The translations under genes and the position numbers were made by a program. A stretch of DNA of 64,000 nucleotides from Cenarchaeum sp. (GTDB lineage: Archaea > Thermoproteota > Nitrososphaeria > Nitrososphaerales > Nitrosopumilaceae), in assembly GCA_963692915.1 (NCBI GenBank), contig OY843584.1, forward strand, positions 448,001-512,000. Direction: 5' to 3'. A model generated the notes under the pieces. That model did not search any database. It was not told the origin of the DNA and saw only the letters and a program-made list of their open reading frames with translations. Shown here in pieces: positions 59,027 through 64,000 of this stretch (its first letter is position 1; the number at the start of each line of letters is the position of its first letter).

Positions 59027-60118
59027 TGCCTTGTACGAAAAGTAGTAGACTGGGCAGGAATGCTTGCCGGGCGCAGATCCGGGAGCCCCGGGGGCGCCCC
59101 GGGATCCGGCAGGCTGCCGAAACATACGTTTGGGGGGCTCCGCCGCCGGCGCGCCATGCCGGTCAGGAGGCTTGACGACAGGGCGCTCCGGTACGTGGCC
59201 AGGACGCTGGCGACGCGGAGCGCCGAGGAGGTGGCGCGCGAGCTGGGGATCTCCAGGGCGTGGTCGTACAGGCTTCGCGCGCACTGCCGGCGCACCGGCG
59301 CGCCGCCGGAGCCGCGGCCGATGGGAAGGCCGCGCAGGGACGTCACCGACGGCGAGGTGGCCGAGGTCCTCGGCGAGCACGCCGACCGGCCGGCCGGCGT
59401 CGTGCGCGTGGCCGAGGGGCTGCGCGGCAACAACTCAAAAATAACGTACTGGTCGGTGTACCGCATCATGCTGGCGGAGGGGCTCGTCACGAGGTCGCGG
59501 GCGAAGTCGCGCAGGCGAAAGTGGGTCAGGTTCGAGCGCGCGCACTCCGGCGCGCTGTGGCACGTGGACTGGCACATAATGAAATACGGGCCACTTGCGG
59601 GCTCGCACCTCATAGTGTTCCTCGACGACGCGTCGCGGTGCGTCACGGGCTTTGGCGTGTTCGCCGAGGCCACGTCGGAAAACTCCGTGCTTGCGCTGCG
59701 AAAGGCGATCAGGATGTTTGGCGCGCCGGCGCAGATCCTCTCGGACCACGGCACGCAGTTCACGGCAAGCCGGCGCGGCACGCCGAGCCGCAGCTGGACG
59801 CCGACGCTCTTCGAGCGGGAGCTGCTGGACCGCGACATAGCGCACCTCATGGCGCGCGTCCGCCACCCCCAGACCAACGGCAAGGTCGAGAGGTTCTTCC
59901 AGACGCTCGAGACGGAGATCGGCCACTTTGGCGGGGTCCCCGAGTTCATCGCGTACTACAACGAGAGGCGCCTCCACTTCGCCCTGGACATCAAGGGCGG
60001 CGAGACGCCCCTGCTGGCCTACAGGAGGCGCAGGGCCGACGGGCGGGTCCGGGCGGAGAACCCGAGGTGGATGGAGGTGGACTCGAATGAGTGAGTCTAC
60101 TACTTTTCGTATAAAACA
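59027..60118 (+). mobile_element. Complete IS481-family insertion sequence (1092 bp)
   Basis: 25-bp TIRs TGCCTTGTACGAAAAGTAGTAGACT / TGTTTTATACGAAAAGTAGTAGACT (3 mismatches); 15-bp direct repeat CGTTATGGGCAGTAT at 59012-59026 and 60119-60133. Confidence 0.92.
59156..60094 (+). CDS. IS481-family DDE (integrase-core) transposase
   Basis: N-terminal HTH, LWHVD, DDASR, LSDHGTQF, PQTNGKVERFF, YNERRLH. Confidence 0.93.
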   Translation: MPVRRLDDRALRYVARTLATRSAEEVARELGISRAWSYRLRAHCRRTGAPPEPRPMGRPRRDVTDGEVAEVLGEHADRPAGVVRVAEGLRGNNSKITYWSVYRIMLAEGLVTRSRAKSRRRKWVRFERAHSGALWHVDWHIMKYGPLAGSHLIVFLDDASRCVTGFGVFAEATSENSVLALRKAIRMFGAPAQILSDHGTQFTASRRGTPSRSWTPTLFERELLDRDIAHLMARVRHPQTNGKVERFFQTLETEIGHFGGVPEFIAYYNERRLHFALDIKGGETPLLAYRRRRADGRVRAENPRWMEVDSNE

Positions 60119-60129
60119 CGTTATGGGCA

Positions 60130-61673
60130 GTATGAGGTCAGCACCCCCGCCCCTTTTGGTCAAATAGGCGCGATCCTGCCGATCCATTTACCGCGGCGGC
60201 GCACGCCGGGGCGTGAAGGGAAAACGGCGCGAGCGTGGAGAGCCAGACCGCACGGAGCCAGACCACGCGTGGGCGCAGCTCCTGGGCATGTTCAATGCCG
60301 CCGAGGAGCGGGCCAGGGCGCGGGACAGGCAGATCAGCGAGCTGCAGGAGAGCGTTGCCGAGCTGAAGGACAATATCAGTGCGCGGGACGAGAGGATCGC
60401 CATGCTGGAGGCGGAGGCCAAGACCATGAGGCGCACGCTGTCGTACTACCAGAACCCCAACACGCCGCCGTCGTCGGCATCGCTGGAGCACAAGAGGCGC
60501 AAGAGGGAGGTTCGGCGGGCCAGGGAACGCGGCGAGCTCCCGCCGCACGGGACGCCCGGCGGGAGGCCGGGCCACCGCGGCACGTCGCGCCGGCACGAGC
60601 CGACGGGGACCGAGCGGCACAGCGTTGACCGTGGGCCTTGCGAGTGCGGCGGCCGCATGGAGGTCACGACGAGTACACGCGACATCATCGACATCCCGCC
60701 CCCGCGGCCGGTCGAGACGCGGCACCACGTGGAGTCCGCCACGTGCCTGGACTGCGGCCACGTGCGCCGCGCGGACAGCGGCCTGCCGGCGCACGGATCC
60801 TACGGCAGGAGGATCATCGCCGCCGTGGCGTCGTACCTGTCGTCGCGGATCCCTGCGGCGGCGATCGCCGCCAAGATGCTGGACGTGCACGGGATCTCGA
60901 TGTCAAAGGCCACGGTGCTGCGCATACGGGACGACGTGGCCGACGCGCTGGCCCCTGAGGCCAGGGGCATAATGGGGATGATCAGGGAGGCGCCACACGT
61001 GCACGTGGACGAGACGGGGTTCCCGAGCTCCGGCGAGGGCCACTGGGTGTGGCTGGCGGAGCACGAGAACCTGGTCGGCGTGGAGTTCAGCAAGAGCAGG
61101 GGCGCGCAGGTGCTCGACGTGATACTTCCGGGGTACGGCGGCGTGGTGATAAGCGACGGGTATGCCGCGTACAGCAGGTTCGACGCCGGCGGGATGCACC
61201 AGCAGTGCTGGGCCCACGAGCTGCGCGCCGTGGAGCACGCCGCCAGGATCCACGGCGGGGGGCTGCCAGGGCTGCACGCCGACCTCCTCGCGCTGTACCG
61301 CGCCGCCAGGGACACCGCCGTCGCGCAGTGCCCTGAGCTGCGGCGCGCGATGGACGACGCCCTGGCGTCGCTGCTGGACCGGCACGACGACGGCGGGGGC
61401 GGGGAGCTGGCGCGCGCCGTGGCCAGGCTCCGCCGCGCCGCGCCGCGGATGTTCGCGTTCTGCGAGCACGCCGGCGTCGCCCCCACGAACAACGCCGCCG
61501 AGAGGGCGCTGCGCGACGTGGTCGTGCGGCGCAAGATAAGCGGCCAGCTCAAGGGGGGCGCGCCGGCGGCCAGGCGCATGTCGACCCTCCTGACATGCTT
61601 CCTGACGTGGAGGGCCATGGGGAAGGGCGTGACCGAGGAGGTCATGCGTGCGGTCTAGGTGCTGACCTCATAC
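60130..61673 (+). mobile_element. Complete single-ORF IS66-family (ISBst12-like) insertion sequence (1544 bp)
   Basis: Perfect 16-bp TIR GTATGAGGTCAGCACC; 8-bp direct repeat TATGGGCA at 60122-60129 and 61674-61681. Confidence 0.93.
60213..61658 (+). CDS. IS66-family transposase
   Basis: Coiled coil, PPSS, GGRPGHRG, Zn finger, HVDETG, SDGYAAY, CWAHELR, TNNAAERALR, RKISG. Confidence 0.95.
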   Translation: MKGKRRERGEPDRTEPDHAWAQLLGMFNAAEERARARDRQISELQESVAELKDNISARDERIAMLEAEAKTMRRTLSYYQNPNTPPSSASLEHKRRKREVRRARERGELPPHGTPGGRPGHRGTSRRHEPTGTERHSVDRGPCECGGRMEVTTSTRDIIDIPPPRPVETRHHVESATCLDCGHVRRADSGLPAHGSYGRRIIAAVASYLSSRIPAAAIAAKMLDVHGISMSKATVLRIRDDVADALAPEARGIMGMIREAPHVHVDETGFPSSGEGHWVWLAEHENLVGVEFSKSRGAQVLDVILPGYGGVVISDGYAAYSRFDAGGMHQQCWAHELRAVEHAARIHGGGLPGLHADLLALYRAARDTAVAQCPELRRAMDDALASLLDRHDDGGGGELARAVARLRRAAPRMFAFCEHAGVAPTNNAAERALRDVVVRRKISGQLKGGAPAARRMSTLLTCFLTWRAMGKGVTEEVMRAV

Positions 61674-61686
61674 TATGGGCAGGCCG

Positions 61687-61735
61687 TGCCTTGTACGACA
61701 AGTAGTGGACTGGGCGAGAACGCCTGCCTGGGGGA
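61687..61735 (+). mobile_element. Degenerate orphan IS481 left end
   Basis: TGCCTTGTACGACAAGTAGTGGACTGGGCGAGAACGCCTGCC resembles 59027 onward. Confidence 0.8.
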
Positions 61736-61954
61736 CGCTAGGGCGTGGCCATCAGGGGCGCTGTTCCTGCATGGATCGTATGGGATTGAGGAGGCGATGG
61801 GGTCGTCTGTGGGATGCATGACTCGGGCTATGGTGCGCTACGGCACGTCTATCATGCTGATGGTATTTTCACAATTTTCAAGCTTTAACTTGCAATTTAA
61901 TATATAAAGTAATACTATCACCATATATTATCCTTCCTATTATGAGTTCCATGA

Positions 61955-62125
61955 TGCCTTGTACGAAAAGTAGTAGACTGGGCAGGAATGCCTGCCTGGC
62001 GCGGATCCAGGAGTCCACTGAGAAGCTCACACCTCGTCGCGTTCCTCGACGACGCGTCGCGGTGCGTCACGGGGTTTGGCGTGTTTGCCGAGGCCGCCTC
62101 TGCCAACACTGCGCTCGTGCTGTAC
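61955..62125 (+). pseudogene. Internally deleted IS481 remnant (left end fused to a transposase fragment)
   Basis: Perfect left TIR, then SHLVAFLDDASRCVTGFGVFAEA matching the intact transposase near 59600-59680. Confidence 0.9.
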
Positions 62126-62390
62126 CGCGAGATCGGGGAGGTTCGGCGTGTCGGGACAGGTGCTCTCTGACCACTGGTGAACACCTGACTCATATATTGA
62201 TGGTCTTGCTATTTGCCACTTTTGCTAGCAGTTCCCTCGCATCGCCTCAAATGCGCTCAAATTACGCCGGACAGGTACACGCTCAACACTTGATAGAGCT
62301 GTCCTGCTTGCCCTGGGCACGGAGGTTCACAAGTTTTTGCATGGTGCGATTGTGGGCTTTGACCTGCCATGGGACGTGCATTCCGGGGCA

Positions 62391-62924
62391 TTACGTGCGT
62401 GGGCTTGCGAGCCCATGATCCTGCAGCACACCGGCAATTCCCGATGCGTCATCGAGGCGCGCATAGTCTGCGAGGAGGGACTCGTTTAGCTCGTAAAACG
62501 TGTGACCCCAGGCAAACCGGGCGAGTATGTCCTGCGCCCGTGTGGTCTCTCCCAGGATAAAGAGTGCTGCGGCCATGGCCTCAGCCGTGGTGAGAACCCC
62601 GATCCTGGAATAGTTTACGGGATTTCCGGCCATCAGCGGCGGGAGGCTCTTGCGCAATGCCATTGGGGCAGACGCAAAGACGCCGTCGGCGAGGCGCCAT
62701 GAGCAGTCTATGGCCGTTATAGATCCGGTTGAGCGCGCATCACCACGCAGCAGGACGCTCTCCGAGTATGGATCCAGCACAACAGCGCCGCTGCTGCGAG
62801 GTGCGCGGCGTACGCCTCGCGCAATGCCGAGGCGAACCATCTTGGCAGCAGTGCACTTTTTTGGATCGTCTTGGCGCATGAGAACTACCCCAAGGCGCAC
62901 TCGCCGCAGTTGGCCACGTGGCAT
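62391..62924 (-). CDS. tsr3: 16S rRNA aminocarboxypropyltransferase Tsr3 (DUF367)
   Basis: QDDPKKCTAAKM, IDCSW, LMAGNPVNY, LTTAEA, FAWGHTFYELN. Confidence 0.93.
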   Translation of the reverse strand: MPRGQLRRVRLGVVLMRQDDPKKCTAAKMVRLGIARGVRRAPRSSGAVVLDPYSESVLLRGDARSTGSITAIDCSWRLADGVFASAPMALRKSLPPLMAGNPVNYSRIGVLTTAEAMAAALFILGETTRAQDILARFAWGHTFYELNESLLADYARLDDASGIAGVLQDHGLASPRT

Positions 62925-62925
62925 G

Positions 62926-64000
62926 TCAGGGCGTCTGGGTCGTGTAGACGACCTTGTGCGTGAGCGTCGCGTCGCCAGAATCGCCTGCCTCGACTGTCCA
63001 CTCTGAGTCTGGCAGCGAGCCCCCGCGCTCCATTGGTATGACGGTGAGCCTCACCGGATCGGATCCGTCGCCGCTGTACCTGACGCCAAAGTCATGTGTC
63101 CCTATGCTGACCGTGCGGTATAGCGATCCTGCAGTCCTTGTTGACCCATCGACTAGGCATCCTGCAGCCGATCCAACGACGCATGTTTTGTCCCCGTGCG
63201 TGAGGCTCAGCGAGGCGCCAGTTCCTGCCTGTGCCTGCAGGGTCGCAGCTATCGAGCGCGGCAGGAGGATCGCCCCGCCCACCTCGCGCGCCGCAACCGA
63301 GATCGACGCAATAGTCCCGTCAGCATCGTGCTCCTCGACTATGCGCCGCGGCGGCTCGGAGCTAATTCCGGCATCAGAGGGCTCGGCAAGGCTGACATTC
63401 GTCGCCCTGATGCTCGTGGGCACCTCCCCGACATAGAACGTATCGCGCGCCTTGTTTCCAATGTACGTGGCAGTCACGACATATGCGCCATCGGCGTATA
63501 TGCCCGGCGTCATCCTCTCGCTTATCCCAAACTCGCCTGACCTGTCTGGCGTTACAAACGTCTCGTTGCGCACGTTGCGCGGGTTGCTTGCATCGGCTAT
63601 GACCACCCTCACCTGGTCATTGGCCGGATGGGAGTAGGTGCCCCTCGACTCGGGCACATCTGCCGTGCCCGTTATCGTGACCACCGAGCCCCGCTCGTGT
63701 GAGTCGCCCTCGACATTGATCGTCACTGGCAGCCGATCCTCGTCGCCGCCTTCGGCCTCCCCAACCCTAAAGACAAGCTCACGCGCCTCGTTTGTAGATG
63801 CGACTGTGAGGAGGTATGGCCCAATGTTGGCCTCATGCTTCTCCGTCGGCGTCTGCCATTCCCACTCGTATGTCCCGTCATCGGCTACCTCTACTGATGA
63901 TGATATGCTCTTGCCGTTGGGTCTTAGGATCGTCACGTCTAGTGTGCGCACGTCGACTATTGCAGACGTCAGGCCCGTGAGGATCACGCTGTCGCCAAAC
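62926..64000 (-). CDS. C-terminal part of a large Ig-like beta-repeat (probably surface/exported) protein, truncated by the window edge
   Basis: Repeated beta-sandwich pattern (VVTITG...G.Y.VTATY); frame remains open at the window end. Confidence 0.7.
   Translation of the reverse strand, partial: FGDSVILTGLTSAIVDVRTLDVTILRPNGKSISSSVEVADDGTYEWEWQTPTEKHEANIGPYLLTVASTNEARELVFRVGEAEGGDEDRLPVTINVEGDSHERGSVVTITGTADVPESRGTYSHPANDQVRVVIADASNPRNVRNETFVTPDRSGEFGISERMTPGIYADGAYVVTATYIGNKARDTFYVGEVPTSIRATNVSLAEPSDAGISSEPPRRIVEEHDADGTIASISVAAREVGGAILLPRSIAATLQAQAGTGASLSLTHGDKTCVVGSAAGCLVDGSTRTAGSLYRTVSIGTHDFGVRYSGDGSDPVRLTVIPMERGGSLPDSEWTVEAGDSGDATLTHKVVYTTQTP

Noticed and set aside
59014-59949. 311-aa antisense ORF in IS481 and several antisense ORFs in IS66
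   Set aside because: Shadow frames of very GC-rich transposase genes

Overview
Archaeal core-genome window, most consistent with a GC-rich (about 60% by eye) ammonia-oxidising thaumarchaeote (Nitrosopumilaceae-like, possibly host-associated). The evidence is archaeal-type ribosomal proteins (S26e, S8e, L32e, L19e, L12/P1), TFB, Spt5, class I LysRS, PurP, Tsr3 and an intron-containing tRNA. Most of the window is housekeeping: purine and branched-chain amino-acid synthesis, two AspRS plus gatCAB, a complete LIV-type ABC transporter and three tRNAs. Most notable are: (1) a Gar1 with a eukaryote-like RG/RGG/SY tail built from about eight 87-bp tandem repeats, in the same window as a Pus10 homologue whose catalytic Asp appears replaced by Glu; (2) a Zn-ribbon/coiled-coil protein with a histone-H1/protamine-like tail; (3) an abutting IS481 + IS66 pair whose TIRs and target duplications (15 bp and 8 bp) reveal the insertion order, plus three orphan IS481 left ends; (4) two C2H2 zinc-finger microproteins missed by the ORF track; (5) a probable CTG start for pckA. 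All family calls come from motif recognition by eye; no database searches were run.
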